Positions 41,101-56,300 of a stretch of 64,000 nt of DNA are shown piece after piece. Position 1 is the first letter of the stretch. Every line of letters starts with the position of its first letter. Position numbers and translations under genes: made by a program. Below the pieces are notes generated by a model that was not told the DNA's origin, did not search any database, and saw only the letters and a program-made list of their open reading frames with translations. Location: assembly GCA_964057225.1 (NCBI GenBank), contig OZ059896.1, forward strand, positions 22,568,001 to 22,632,000, given 5' to 3'. Origin of the DNA: Auanema rhodensis. Taxonomy: Eukaryota > Animalia > Nematoda.

Positions 41101-42400
41101 AAAATTTTTGTCAAAATGTTTTTGGAAGCAATGTTGAGTGTACATGGAAACTCAACATACACTAATGCATCATTTTTCAAACGATCATAACTAATTTTTG
41201 TATTAAGCGTTTCTCAATGTAGTATAGTGCATTCGATGCGGATTTTTAAGCTGCGTCGATCTGTGTTATCAGATTTGCGCTAGCTTAAAAATGCACCGAG
41301 ATATCAACTGATATAAGTTCACACTTATAGCCTCGATTTTCACCCTGAAGAATTAATTTTTTCGTTGAATAACATTGTCCATCGTCTTTGCTTTGAAAAA
41401 AGGAATCTAAAAACATCTACTTTTTGCTAAATTATTTTGAAATTTTTCGAAAAAATTTTTGTCAAAATGTTTTTGGAAGCAATGTTGAGTGTTTATGGAA
41501 ACTCAACATACACTAATGCATCATTTTTCAAACGATCATAACTAATTTCTGTATTAAGCGTTTCTCAATGTAGTATAGTGCATTCGATGCGGATTTTTAA
41601 GCTGCGTCGATCTGTGTTATCAGATTTGCGCTAGCTTAAAAATGCACCGAGATATCAACTGATATAAGTTCACACTTATATCCTCGATTTTCACCCTGAA
41701 GAATTAATTTTTTCGTTGAATAACATTGTCCATCGTCTTTGCCTTGAAAAAAGGAATCTAAAAACATCTACTTTTTGCTAAATTATTTTGAAATTTTTCG
41801 AAAAAATTTTTGTCAAAATGTTTTTGGAAGTAATGTTGAGTGTACATGGAAACTCAACATACACTAATGCATCATTTTTCAAACGATCATAACTAATTTC
41901 TGTATTAAGCGTTTCTCAATGTAGTATAGTGCATTCGATGCGGATTTTTAAGCTGCGTCGATCTGTGTTATCAGATTTGCGCTAGCTTAAAAATGCACCG
42001 AGATATCAACTGATATAAGTTCACACTTATATCCTCGATTTTCACCCTGAAGAATTAATTTTTTCGTTGAATAACATTGTCCATCGTCTTTGCCTTAAAA
42101 AAAGGAATCTAAAAACATCTACTTTTTGCTAAATTATTCTGAAATTTTTCGAAAAAATTTTTGTCAAAATGTTTTTGGAAGCAATGTTGAGTGTACATGG
42201 AAACTCAACATACACTAATGCATCATTTTTCAAACGATCATAACTAATTTTTGTATTAAGCGTTTCTCAATGTAGTATAGTGCATTCGATGCGGATTTTT
42301 AAGCTGCGTCGATCTGTGTTATCAGATTTGCGCTAGCTTAAAAATGCACCGAGATATCAACTGATATAAGTTCACACTTATAGCCTCGATTTTCACCCTG
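38200..42400. repeat. 6-monomer tandem duplication (2105 bp)
   Basis: The deletion marker tatcttaaaatg occurs at 38475 and 40580, and the junction monomer lies at 40278-40314. Confidence 0.8.
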
Positions 42401-45400
42401 AAGAATTAATTTTTTCGTTGAATAAGATTGTCCATCGTCTTCGCTTTGAAAAAAGGAATCTAAAAACATCTACTTTTTGCTAAATTATTTTGAAATTTTT
42501 CGAAAAAATTTTTGTCAAAATGTTTTTGGAAGCAATGTTGAGTGTACGTGGAAACTCAACATACACTAATGCATCATTTTTCAAACGATCATAACTAATT
42601 TCTGTATTAAGCGTTTCTCAATGTAGTATAGTGCATTCGATGCGGATTTTTAAGCTGCGTCGATCTGTGTTATCAGATTTGCGCTAGCTTAAAAATGCAC
42701 CGAGATATCAACTGATATAAGTTCACACTTATATCCTCGATTTTCACCCTGAAGAATTAATTTTTTCGTTGAATAACATTGTCCATCGTCTTTGCCTTGA
42801 AAAAAGGAATCTAAAAACATCTACTTTTTGCTAAATTATTTTGAAATTTTTCGAAAAAATTTTTGTCAAAATGTTTTTGGAAGTAATGTTGAGTGTACAT
42901 GGAAACTCAACATACACTAATGCATCATTTTTCAAACGATCATAACTAATTTTTGTATTAAGCGTTTCTCAATGTAGTATAGTGCATTCGATGCGGATTT
43001 TTAAGCTGCGTCGATCTGTGTTATCAGATTTGCGCTAGCTTAAAAATGCACCGAGATATCAACTGATATAAGTTCACACTTATAGCCTCGATTTTCACCC
43101 TGAAGAATTAATTTTTTCGTTGAATAACATTGTCCATCGTCTTTGCTTTGAAAAAAGGAATCTAAAAACATCTACTTTTTGCTAAATTATTTTGAAATTT
43201 TTCGAAAAAATTTTTGTCAAAATGTTTTTGGAAGCAATGTTGAGTGTACATGGAAACTCAACATACACTAATGCATCATTTTTCAAACGATCATAACTAA
43301 TTTCTGTATTAAGCGTTTCTCAATGTAGTATAGTGCATTCGATGCGGATTTTTAAGCTGCGTCGATCTGTGTTATCAGATTTGCGCTAGCTTGAAAATGC
43401 ACCGAGATATCAACTGATATAAGTTCACACTTATAGCCTCGATTTTCACCCTGAAGAATTAATTTTTTCGTTGAATAACATTGTCCATCGTCTTTGCTTT
43501 GAAAAAAGGAATCTAAAAACATCTACTTTTTGCTAAATTATTTTGAAATTTTTCGAAAAAATTTTTGTCAAAATGTTTTTGGAAGCAATGTTGAGTGTTT
43601 ATGGAAACTCAACATACACTAATGCATCATTTTTCAAACGATCATAACTAATTTCTGTATTAAGCGTTTCTCAATGTAGTATAGTGCATTCGATGCGGAT
43701 TTTTAAGCTGCGTCGATCTGTGTTATCAGATTTGCGCTAGCTTAAAAATGCACCGAGATATCAACTGATATAAGTTCACACTTATATCCTCGATTTTCAC
43801 CCTGAAGAATTAATTTTTTCGTTGAATAACATTGTCCATCGTCTTTGCCTTGAAAAAAGGAATCTAAAAACATCTACTTTTTGCTAAATTATTTTGAAAT
43901 TTTTCGAAAAAATTTTTGTCAAAATGTTTTTGGAAGCAATGTTGAGTGTTTATGGAAACTCAACATACACTAATGCATCATTTTTCAAACGATCATAACT
44001 AATTTCTGTATTAAGCGTTTCTCAATGTAGTATAGTGCATTCGATGCGGATTTTTAAGCTGCGTCGATCTGTGTTATCAGATTTGCGCTAGCTTAAAAAT
44101 GCACCGAGATATCAACTGATATAAGTTCACACTTATATCCTCGATTTTCACCCTGAAGAATTAATTTTTTCGTTGAATAACATTGTCCATCGTCTTTGCC
44201 TTGAAAAAAGGAATCTAAAAACATCTACTTTTTGCTAAATTATTTTGAAATTTTTCGAAAAAATTTTTGTCAAAATGTTTTTGGAAGTAATGTTGAGTGT
44301 ACATGGAAACTCAACATACACTAATGCATCATTTTTCAAACGATCATAACTAATTTCTGTATTAAGCGTTTCTCAATGTAGTATAGTGCATTCGATGCGG
44401 ATTTTTAAGCTGCGTCGATCTGTGTTATCAGATTTGCGCTAGCTTAAAAATGCACCGAGATATCAACTGATATAAGTTCACACTTATATCCTCGATTTTC
44501 ACCCTGAAGAATTAATTTTTTCGTTGAATAACATTGTCCATCGTCTTTGCCTTAAAAAAAGGAATCTAAAAACATCTACTTTTTGCTAAATTATTCTGAA
44601 ATTTTTCGAAAAAATTTTTGTCAAAATGTTTTTGGAAGCAATGTTGAGTGTACATGGAAACTCAACATACACTAATGCATCATTTTTCAAACGATCATAA
44701 CTAATTTTTGTATTAAGCGTTTCTCAATGTAGTATAGTGCATTCGATGCGGATTTTTAAGCTGCGTCGATCTGTGTTATCAGATTTGCGCTAGCTTAAAA
44801 ATGCACCGAGATATCAACTGATATAAGTTCACACTTATAGCCTCGATTTTCACCCTGAAGAATTAATTTTTTCGTTGAATAAGATTGTCCATCGTCTTCG
44901 CTTTGAAAAAAGGAATCTAAAAACATCTACTTTTTGCTAAATTATTTTGAAATTTTTCGAAAAAATTTTTGTCAAAATGTTTTTGGAAGCAATGTTGAGT
45001 GTACGTGGAAACTCAACATACACTAATGCATCATTTTTCAAACGATCATAACTAATTTCTGTATTAAGCGTTTCTCAATGTAGTATAGTGCATTCGATGC
45101 GGATTTTTAAGCTGCGTCGATCTGTGTTATCAGATTTGCGCTAGCTTAAAAATGCACCGAGATATCAACTGATATAAGTTCACACTTATATCCTCGATTT
45201 TCACCCTGAAGAATTAATTTTTTCGTTGAATAACATTGTCCATCGTCTTTGCCTTGAAAAAAGGAATCTAAAAACATCTACTTTTTGCTAAATTATTTTG
45301 AAATTTTTCGAAAAAATTTTTGTCAAAATGTTTTTGGAAGTAATGTTGAGTGTACATGGAAACTCAACATACACTAATGCATCATTTTTCAAACGATCAT

Positions 45401-45500
45401 AACTAATTTTTGTATTAAGCGTTTCTCAATGTAGTATAGTGCATTCGATGCGGATTTTTAAGCTGCGTCGATCTGTGTTATCAGATTTGCGCTAGCTTAA
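41400..45500. repeat. Repeat at 7-monomer spacing (2457 bp)
   Basis: cttcgc at 42442/44899 and gtacgtgg at 42548/45005. Ends approximate. Confidence 0.75.
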
Positions 45501-48100
45501 AAATGCACCGAGATATCAACTGATATAAGTTCACACTTATATCCTCGATTTTCACCCTGAAGAATTAATTTTTTCGTTGAATAACATTGTCCATCGTCTT
45601 TGCCTTGAAAAAAGGAATCTAAAAACATCTACTTTTTGCTAAATTATTTTGAAATTTTTCGAAAAAATTTTTGTCAAAATGTTTTTGGAAGTAATGTTGA
45701 GTGTACATGGAAACTCAACATACACTAATGCATCATTTTTCAAACGATCATAACTAATTTTTGTATTAAGCGTTTCTCAATGTAGTATAGTGCATTCGAT
45801 GCGGATTTTTAAGCTGCGTCCATCTGTGTTATCAGATTTGCGCTAGCTTAAAAATGCACCGAGATATCAACTGATATAAGTTCACACTTATAGCCTCGAT
45901 TTTCACCCTGAAGAATTAATTTTTTCGTTGAATAACATTGTCCATCGTCTTTGCTTTGAAAAAAGGAATCTAAAAACATCTACTTTTTGCTAAATTATTT
46001 TGAAATTTTTCGAAAAAATTTTTGTCAAAATGTTTTTGGAAGCAATGTTGAGTGTACATGGAAACTCAACATACACTAATGCATCATTTTTCAAACGATC
46101 ATAACTAATTTCTGTATTAAGCGTTTCTCAATGTAGTATAGTGCATTCGATGCGGATTTTTAAGCTGCGTCGATCTGTGTTATCAAATTTGCGCTAGCTT
46201 GAAAATGCACCGAGATATCAACTGATATAAGTTCACACTTATAGCCTCGATTTTCACCCTGAAGAATTAATTTTTTCGTTGAATAACATTGTCCATCGTC
46301 TTTGCTTTGAAAAAAGGAATCTAAAAACATCTACTTTTTGCTAAATTATTTTGAAATTTTTCGAAAAAATTTTTGTCAAAATGTTTTTGGAAGCAATGTT
46401 GAGTGTTTATGGAAACTCAACATACACTAATGCATCATTTTTCAAACGATCATAACTAATTTCTGTATTAAGCGTTTCTCAATGTAGTATAGTGCATTCG
46501 ATGCGGAGTTTTAAGCTGCGTCGATCTGTGTTATCAGATTTGCGCTAGCTTAAAAATGCACCGAGATATCAACTGATATAAGTTCACACTTATATCCTCG
46601 ATTTTCACCCTGAAGAATTAATTTTTTCGTTGAATAACATTGTCCATCGTCTTTGCCTTGAAAAAAGGAATCTAAAAACATCTACTTTTTGCTAAATTAT
46701 TTTGAAATTTTTCGAAAAAATTTTTGTCAAAATGTTTTTGGAAGTAATGTTGAGTGTACATGGAAACTCAACATACACTAATGCATCATTTTTCAAACGA
46801 TCATAACTAATTTTTGTATTAAGCGTTTCTCAATGTAGTATAGTGCATTCGATGCGGATTTTTAAGCTGCGTCGATCTGTGTTATCAGATTTGCGCTAGC
46901 TTAAAAATGCACCGAGATATCAACTGATATAAGTTCACACTTATATCCTCGATTTTCACCCTGAAGAATTAATTTTTTCGTTGAATAACATTGTCCATCG
47001 TCTTTGCCTTGAAAAAAGGAATCTAAAAACATCTACTTTTTGCTAAATTATTTTGAAATTTTTCGAAAAAATTTTTGTCAAAATGTTTTTGGAAGTAATG
47101 TTGAGTGTACATGGAAACTCAACATACACTAATGCATCATTTTTCAAACGATCATAACTAATTTTTGTATTAAGCGTTTCTCAATGTAGTATAGTGCATT
47201 CGATGCGGATTTTTAAGCTGCGTCCATCTGTGTTATCAGATTTGCGCTAGCTTAAAAATGCACCGAGATATCAACTGATATAAGTTCACACTTATAGCCT
47301 CGATTTTCACCCTGAAGAATTAATTTTTTCGTTGAATAACATTGTCCATCGTCTTTGCTTTGAAAAAAGGAATCTAAAAACATCTACTTTTTGCTAAATT
47401 ATTTTGAAATTTTTCGAAAAAATTTTTGTCAAAATGTTTTTGGAAGCAATGTTGAGTGTACATGGAAACTCAACATACACTAATGCATCATTTTTCAAAC
47501 GATCATAACTAATTTCTGTATTAAGCGTTTCTCAATGTAGTATAGTGCATTCGATGCGGATTTTTAAGCTGCGTCGATCTGTGTTATCAAATTTGCGCTA
47601 GCTTGAAAATGCACCGAGATATCAACTGATATAAGTTCACACTTATAGCCTCGATTTTCACCCTGAAGAATTAATTTTTTCGTTGAATAACATTGTCCAT
47701 CGTCTTTGCTTTGAAAAAAGGAATCTAAAAACATCTACTTTTTGCTAAATTATTTTGAAATTTTTCGAAAAAATTTTTGTCAAAATGTTTTTGGAAGCAA
47801 TGTTGAGTGTTTATGGAAACTCAACATACACTAATGCATCATTTTTCAAACGATCATAACTAATTTCTGTATTAAGCGTTTCTCAATGTAGTATAGTGCA
47901 TTCGATGCGGATTTTTAAGCTGCGTCGATCTGTGTTATCAGATTTGCGCTAGCTTAAAAATGCACCGAGATATCAACTGATATAAGTTCACACTTATATC
48001 CTCGATTTTCACCCTGAAGAATTAATTTTTTCGTTGAATAACATTGTCCATCGTCTTTGCCTTGAAAAAAGGAATCTAAAAACATCTACTTTTTGCTAAA
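45280..48100. repeat. 4-monomer tandem duplication (1404 bp)
   Basis: gtccatc at 45821/47225 and atcaaat at 46186/47590. Confidence 0.8.
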
Positions 48101-48949
48101 TTATTTTGAAATTTTTCGAAAAAATTTTTGTCAAAATGTTTTTGGAAGTAATGTTGAGTGTACATGGAAACTCAACATACACTAATGCATCATTTTTCAA
48201 ACGATCATAACTAATTTCTGTATTAAGCGTTTCTCAATGTAGTATAGTGCATTCGATGCGGATTTTTAAGCTGCGTCGATCTATGTTATCAGATTTGCGC
48301 TAGCTTGAAAATGCACCGAGATATCAACTGATATAAGTTCACACTTATAGCCTCGATTTTCACCCTGAAGAATTAATTTTTTCGTTGAATAACATTGTCC
48401 ATCGTCTTTGCCTTGAAAAAAGGAATCTAAAAACATCTACTTTTTGCTAAATTATTTTGAAATTTTTCGAAAAAATTTTTGTCAAAATGTTTTTGGAAGT
48501 AATGTTGAGTGTACATGGAAACTCAACATACACTAATGCATCATTTTTCAAACGATCATAACTAATTTTTGTATTAAGCGTTTCTCAATGTAGTATAGTG
48601 CATTCGATGCGGATTTTTAAGCTGCGTCGATCTGTGTTATCAGATTTGCGCTAGCTTAAAAATGCACCGAGATATCAACTGATATAAGTTCACACTTATA
48701 GCCTCGATTTTCACCCTGAAGAATTAATTTTTTCGTTGAATAACATTGTCCATCGTCTTTGCTTTGAAAAAAGGAATCTAAAAACATCTACTTTTTGCTA
48801 AATTATTTTGAAATTTTTCGAAAAAATTTTTGTCAAAATGTTTTTGGAAGCAATGTTGAGTGTACATGGAAACTCAACATACACTAATGCATCATTTTTC
48901 AAACGATCATAACTAATTTCTGTATTAAGCGTTTCTCAATGTAGTATAG

Positions 48950-50340
48950 TGCATTCGATGCGGATTTTTAAGCTGCGTCGATCTGTGTTATCAGATTTGC
49001 GCTAGCTTGAAAATGCACCGAGATATCAACTGATATAAGTTCACACTTATAGCCTCGATTTTCACCCTGAAGAATTAATTTTTTCGTTGAATAACATTGT
49101 CCATCGTCTTTGCTTTGAAAAAAGGAATCTAAAAACATCTACTTTTTGCTAAATTATTTTGAAATTTTTCGAAAAAATTTTTGTCAAAATGTTTTTGGAA
49201 GCAATGTTGAGTGTTTATGGAAACTCAACATACACTAATGCATCATTTTTCAAACGATCATAACTAATTTCTGTATTAAGCGTTTCTCAATGTAGTATAG
49301 TGCATTCGATGCGGATTTTTAAGCTGCGTCGATCTGTGTTATCAGATTTGCGCTAGCTTAAAAATGCACCGAGATATCAACTGATATAAGTTCACACTTA
49401 TATCCTCGATTTTCACCCTGAAGAATTAATTTTTTCGTTGAATAACATTGTCCATCGTCTTTGCCTTGAAAAAAGGAATCTAAAAACATCTACTTTTCGC
49501 TAAATTATTTTGAAATTTTTCGAAAAAATTTTTGTCAAAATGTTTTTGGAAGTAATGTTGAGTGTACATGGAAACTCAACATACACTAATGCATCATTTT
49601 TCAAACGATCATAACTAATTTCTGTATTAAGCGTTTCTCAATGTAGTATAGTGCATTCGATGCGGATTTTTAAGCTGCGTCGATCTGTGTTATCAGATTT
49701 GCGCTAGCTTGAAAATGCACCGAGATATCAACTGATATAAGTTCACACTTATAGCCTCGATTTTCACCCTGAAGAATTAATTTTTTCGTTGAATAACATT
49801 GTCCATCGTCTTTGCTTTGAAAAAAGGAATCTAAAAACATCTACTTTTTGCTAAATTATTTTGAAATTTTTCGAAAAAATTTTTGTCAAAATGTTTTTGG
49901 AAGCAATGTTGAGTGTTTATGGAAACTCAACATACACTAATGCATCATTTTTCAAACGATCATAACTAATTTCTGTATTAAGCGTTTCTCAATGTAGTAT
50001 AGTGCATTCGATGCGGATTTTTAAGCTGCGTCGATCTGTGTTATCAGATTTGCGCTAGCTTAAAAATGCACCGAGATATCAACTGATATAAGTTCACACT
50101 TATATCCTCGATTTTCACCCTGAAGAATTAATTTTTTCGTTGAATAACATTGTCCATCGTCTTTGCCTTGAAAAAAGGAATCTAAAAACATCTACTTTTC
50201 GCTAAATTATTTTGAAATTTTTCGAAAAAATTTTTGTCAAAATGTTTTTGGAAGTAATGTTGAGTGTACATGGAAACTCAACATACACTAATGCATCATT
50301 TTTCAAACGATCATAACTAATTTCTGTATTAAGCGTTTCT
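48950..50340. repeat. 2-monomer tandem duplication (702 bp)
   Basis: ttttcgct at 49498/50200. Ends approximate. Confidence 0.7.
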
Positions 50341-53300
50341 CAATGTAGTATAGTGCATTCGATGCGGATGTTTAAGCTGCGTCGATCTGTGTTATCAGAT
50401 TTGCGCTAGCTTAAAAATGCACCGAGATATCAACTGATATAAGTTCACACTTATATCCTCGATTTTCACCCTGAAGAATTAATTTTTTCGTTGAATAACA
50501 TTGTCCATCGTCTTTGCCTTAAAAAAAGGAATCTAAAAACATCTACTTTTTGCTAAATTATTCTGAAATTTTTCGAAAAAATTTTTGTCAAAATGTTTTT
50601 GGAAGCAATGTTGAGTGTACATGGAAACTCAACATACACTAATGCATCATTTTTCAAACGATCATAACTAATTTTTGTATTAAGCGTTTCTCAATGTAGT
50701 ATAGTGCATTCGATGCGGATTTTTAAGCTGCGTCGATCTGTGTTATCAGATTTGCGCTAGCTTAAAAATGCACCGAGATATCAACTGATATAAGTTCACA
50801 CTTATAGCCTCGATTTTCACCCTGAAGAATTAATTTTTTCGTTGAATAACATTGTCCATCGTCTTTGCTTTGAAAAAAGGAATCTAAAAACATCTACTTT
50901 TTGCTAAATTATTTTGAAATTTTTCGAAAAAATTTTTGTCAAAATGTTTTTGGAAGCAATGTTGAGTGTTTATGGAAACTCAACATACACTAATGCATCA
51001 TTTTTCAAACGATCATAACTAATTTCTGTATTAAGCGTTTCTCAATGTAGTATAGTGCATTCGATGCGGATTTTTAAGCTGCGTCGATCTGTGTTATCAG
51101 ATTTGCGCTAGCTTAAAAATGCACCGAGATATCAACTGATATAAGTTCACACTTATATCCTCGATTTTCACCCTGAAGAATTAATTTTTTCGTTGAATAA
51201 CATTGTCCATCGTCTTTGCCTTGAAAAAAGGAATCTAAAAACATCTACTTTTTGCTAAATTATTTTGAAATTTTTCGAAAAAATTTTTGTCAAAATGTTT
51301 TTGGAAGTAATGTTGAGTGTACATGGAAACTCAACATACACTAATGCATCATTTTTCAAACGATCATAACTAATTTCTGTATTAAGCGTTTCTCAATGTA
51401 GTATAGTGCATTCGATGCGGATTTTTAAGCTGCGTCGATCTGTGTTATCAGATTTGCGCTAGCTTAAAAATGCACCGAGATATCAACTGATATAAGTTCA
51501 CACTTATATCCTCGATTTTCACCCTGAAGAATTAATTTTTTCGTTGAATAACATTGTCCATCGTCTTTGCCTTAAAAAAAGGAATCTAAAAACATCTACT
51601 TTTTGCTAAATTATTCTGAAATTTTTCGAAAAAATTTTTGTCAAAATGTTTTTGGAAGCAATGTTGAGTGTACATGGAAACTCAACATACACTAATGCAT
51701 CATTTTTCAAACGATCATAACTAATTTCTGTATTAAGCGTTTCTCAATGTAGTATAGTGCATTCGATGCGGATTTTTAAGCTGCGTCGATCTGTGTTATC
51801 AGATTTGCGCTAGCTTAAAAATGCACCGAGATATCAACTGATATAAGTTCACACTTATAGCCTCGATTTTCACCCTGAAGAATTAATTTTTTCGTTGAAT
51901 AACATTGTCCATCGTCTTTGCTTTGAAAAAAGGAATCTAAAAACATCTACTTTTTGCTAAATTATTTTGAAATTTTTCGAAAAAATTTTTGTCAAAATGT
52001 TTTTGGAAGCAATGTTGAGTGTACATGGAAACTCAACATACACTAATGCATCATTTTTCAAACGATCATAACTAATTTCTGTATTAAGCGTTTCTCAATG
52101 TAGTATAGTGCATTCGATGCGGATTTTTAAGCTGCGTCGATCTGTGTTATCAGATTTGCGCTAGCTTAAAAATGCACCGAGATATCAACTGATATAAGTT
52201 CACACTTATATCCTCGATTTTCACCCTGAAGAATTAATTTTTTCGTTGAATAACATTGTCCATCGTCTTTGCCTTGAAAAAAGGAATCTAAAAACATCTA
52301 CTTTTTGCTAAATTATTTTGAAATTTTTCGAAAAAATTTTTGTCAAAATGTTTTTGGAAGTAATGTTGAGTGTACATGGAAACTCAACATACACTAATGC
52401 ATCATTTTTCAAACGATCATAACTAATTTTTATATTAAGCGTTTCTCAATGTAGTATAGTGCATTCGATGCGGATTTTTAAGCTGCGTCGATCTGTGTTA
52501 TCAGATTTGCGCTAGCTTAAAAATGCACCGAGATATCAACTGATATAAGTTCACACTTATATCCTCGATTTTCACCCTGAAGAATTAATTTTTTCGTTGA
52601 ATAACATTGTCCATCGTCTTTGCCTTAAAAAAAGGAATCTAAAAACATCTACTTTTTGCTAAATTATTTTGAAATTTTTCGAAAAAATTTTTGTCAAAAT
52701 GTTTTTGGAAGTAATGTTGAGTGTACATGGAAACTCAACATACACTAATGCATCATTTTTCAAACGATCATAACTAATTTCTGTATTAAGCGTTTCTCAA
52801 TGTAGTATAGTGCATTCGATGCGGATTTTTAAGCTGCGTCGATCTGTGTTATCAGATTTGCGCTAGCTTAAAAATGCACCGAGATATCAACTGATATAAG
52901 TTCACACTTATATCCTCGATTTTCACCCTGAAGAATTAATTTTTTCGTTGAATAACATTGTCCATCGTCTTTGCCTTAAAAAAAGGAATCTAAAAACATC
53001 TACTTTTTGCTAAATTATTCTGAAATTTTTCGAAAAAATTTTTGTCAAAATGTTTTTGGAAGCAATGTTGAGTGTACATGGAAACTCAACATACACTAAT
53101 GCATCATTTTTCAAACGATCATAACTAATTTCTGTATTAAGCGTTTCTCAATGTAGTATAGTGCATTCGATGCGGATTTTTAAGCTGCGTCGATCTGTGT
53201 TATCAGATTTGCGCTAGCTTAAAAATGCACCGAGATATCAACTGATATAAGTTCACACTTATAGCCTCGATTTTCACCCTGAAGAATTAATTTTTTCGTT

Positions 53301-56300
53301 GAATAACATTGTCCATCGTCTTTGCTTTGAAAAAAGGAATCTAAAAACATCTACTTTTTGCTAAATTATTTTGAAATTTTTCGAAAAAATTTTTGTCAAA
53401 ATGTTTTTGGAAGCAATGTTGAGTGTACATGGAAACTCAACATACACTAATGCATCATTTTTCAAACGATCATAACTAATTTCTGTATTAAGCGTTTCTC
53501 AATGTAGTATAGTGCATTCGATGCGGATTTTTAAGCTGCGTCGATCTGTGTTATCAGATTTGCGCTAGCTTAAAAATGCACCGAGATATCAACTGATATA
53601 AGTTCACACTTATATCCTCGATTTTCACCCTGAAGAATTAATTTTTTCGTTGAATAACATTGTCCATCGTCTTTGCCTTGAAAAAAGGAATCTAAAAACA
53701 TCTACTTTTTGCTAAATTATTTTGAAATTTTTCGAAAAAATTTTTGTCAAAATGTTTTTGGAAGTAATGTTGAGTGTACATGGAAACTCAACATACACTA
53801 ATGCATCATTTTTCAAACGATCATAACTAATTTTTGTATTAAGCGTTTCTCAATGTAGTATAGTGCATTCGATGCGGATTTTTAAGCTGCGTCGATCTGT
53901 GTTATCAGATTTGCGCTAGCTTAAAAATGCACCGAGATATCAACTGATATAAGTTCACACTTATATCCTCGATTTTCACCCTGAAGAATTAATTTTTTCG
54001 TTGAATAACATTGTCCATCGTCTTTGCCTTAAAAAAAGGAATCTAAAAACATCTACTTTTTGCTAAATTATTCTGAAATTTTTCGAAAAAATTTTTGTCA
54101 AAATGTTTTTGGAAGCAATGTTGAGTGTACATGGAAACTCAACATACACTAATGCATCATTTTTCAAACGATCATAACTAATTTTTGTATTAAGCGTTTC
54201 TCAATGTAGTATAGTGCATTCGATGCGGATTTTTAAGCTGCGTCGATCTGTGTTATCAGATTTGCGCTAGCTTAAAAATGCACCGAGATATCAACTGATA
54301 TAAGTTCACACTTATAGCCTCGATTTTCACCCTGAAGAATTAATTTTTTCGTTGAATAACATTGTCCATCGTCTTTGCTTTGAAAAAAGGAATCTAAAAA
54401 CATCTACTTTTTGCTAAATTATTTTGAAATTTTTCGAAAAAATTTTTGTCAAAATGTTTTTGGAAGCAATGTTGAGTGTACATGGAAACTCAACATACAC
54501 TAATGCATCATTTTTCAAACGATCATAACTAATTTCTGTATTAAGCGTTTCTCATTGTAGTATAGTGCATTCGATGCGGATTTTTAAGCTGCGTCGATCT
54601 GTGTTATCAGATTTGCGCTAGCTTAAAAATGCACCGAGATATCAACTGATATAAGTTCACACTTATATCCTCGATTTTCACCCTGAAGAATTAATTTTTT
54701 CGTTGAATAACATTGTCCATCGTCTTTGCCTTGAAAAAAGGAATCTAAAAACATCTACTTTTTGCTAAATTATTTTGAAATTTTTCGAAAAAATTTTTGT
54801 CAAAATGTTTTTGGAAGTAATGTTGAGTGTACATGGAAACTCAACATACACTAATGCATCATTTTTCAAACGATCATAACTAATTTTTGTATTAAGCGTT
54901 TCTCAATGTAGTATAGTGCATTCGATGCGGATTTTTAAGCTGCGTCGATCTGTGTTATCCGATTTGCGCTAGCTTAAAAATGCACCGAGATATCAACTGA
55001 TATAAGTTCACACTTATATCCTCGATTTTCACCCTGAAGAATTAATTTTTTCGTTGAATAACATTGTCCATCGTCTTTGCCTTGAAAAAAGGAATCTAAA
55101 AACATCTACTTTTTGCTAAATTATTTTGAAATTTTTCGAAAAAATTTTTGTCAAAATGTTTTTGGAAGTAATGTTGAGTGTACATGGAAACTCAACATAC
55201 ACTAATGCATCATTTTTCAAACGATCATAACTAATTTTTGTATTAAGCGTTTCTCAATGTAGTATAGTGCATTCGATGCGGATTTTTAAGCTGCGTCGAT
55301 CTGTGTTATCAGATTTGCGCTAGCTTAAAAATGCACCGAGATATCAACTGATATAAGTTCACACTTATAGCCTCGATTTTCACCCTGAAGAATTAATTTT
55401 TTCGTTGAATAACATTGTCCATCGTCTTTGCTTTGAAAAAAGGAATCTAAAAACATCTACTTTTTGCTAAATTATTTTGAAATTTTTCGAAAAAATTTTT
55501 GTCAAAATGTTTTTGGAAGCAATGTTGAGTGTACATGGAAACTCAACATACACTAATGCATCATTTTTCAAACGATCATAACTAATTTCTGTATTAAGCG
55601 TTTCTCGATGTAGTATAGTGCATTCGATGCGGATGTTTAAGCTGCGTCGATCTGTGTTATCAGATTTGCGCTAGCTTAAAAATGCACCGAGATATCAACT
55701 GATATAAGTTCACACTTATATCCTCGATTTTCACCCTGAAGAATTAATTTTTTCGTTGAATAACATTGTCCATCGTCTTTGCCTTAAAAAAAGGAATCTA
55801 AAAACATCTACTTTTTGCTAAATTATTCTGAAATTTTTCGAAAAAATTTTTGTCAAAATGTTTTTGGAAGCAATGTTGAGTGTACATGGAAACTCAACAT
55901 ACACTAATGCATCATTTTTCAAACGATCATAACTAATTTTTGTATTAAGCGTTTCTCAATGTAGTACAGTGCATTCGATGCGGATTTTTAAGCTGCGTCG
56001 ATCTGTGTTATCAGATTTGCGCTAGCTTAAAAATGCACCGAGATATCAACTGATATAAGTTCACACTTATAGCCTCGATTTTCACCCTGAAGAATTAATT
56101 TTTTCGTTGAATAACATTGTCCATCGTCTTTGCTTTGAAAAAAGGAATCTAAAAACATCTACTTTTTGCTAAATTATTTTGAAATTTTTCGAAAAAAATT
56201 TTGTCAAAATGTTTTTGGAAGCAATGTTGAGTGTTTATGGAAACTCAACATACACTAATGCATCATTTTTCAAACGATCATAACTAATTTCTGTATTAAG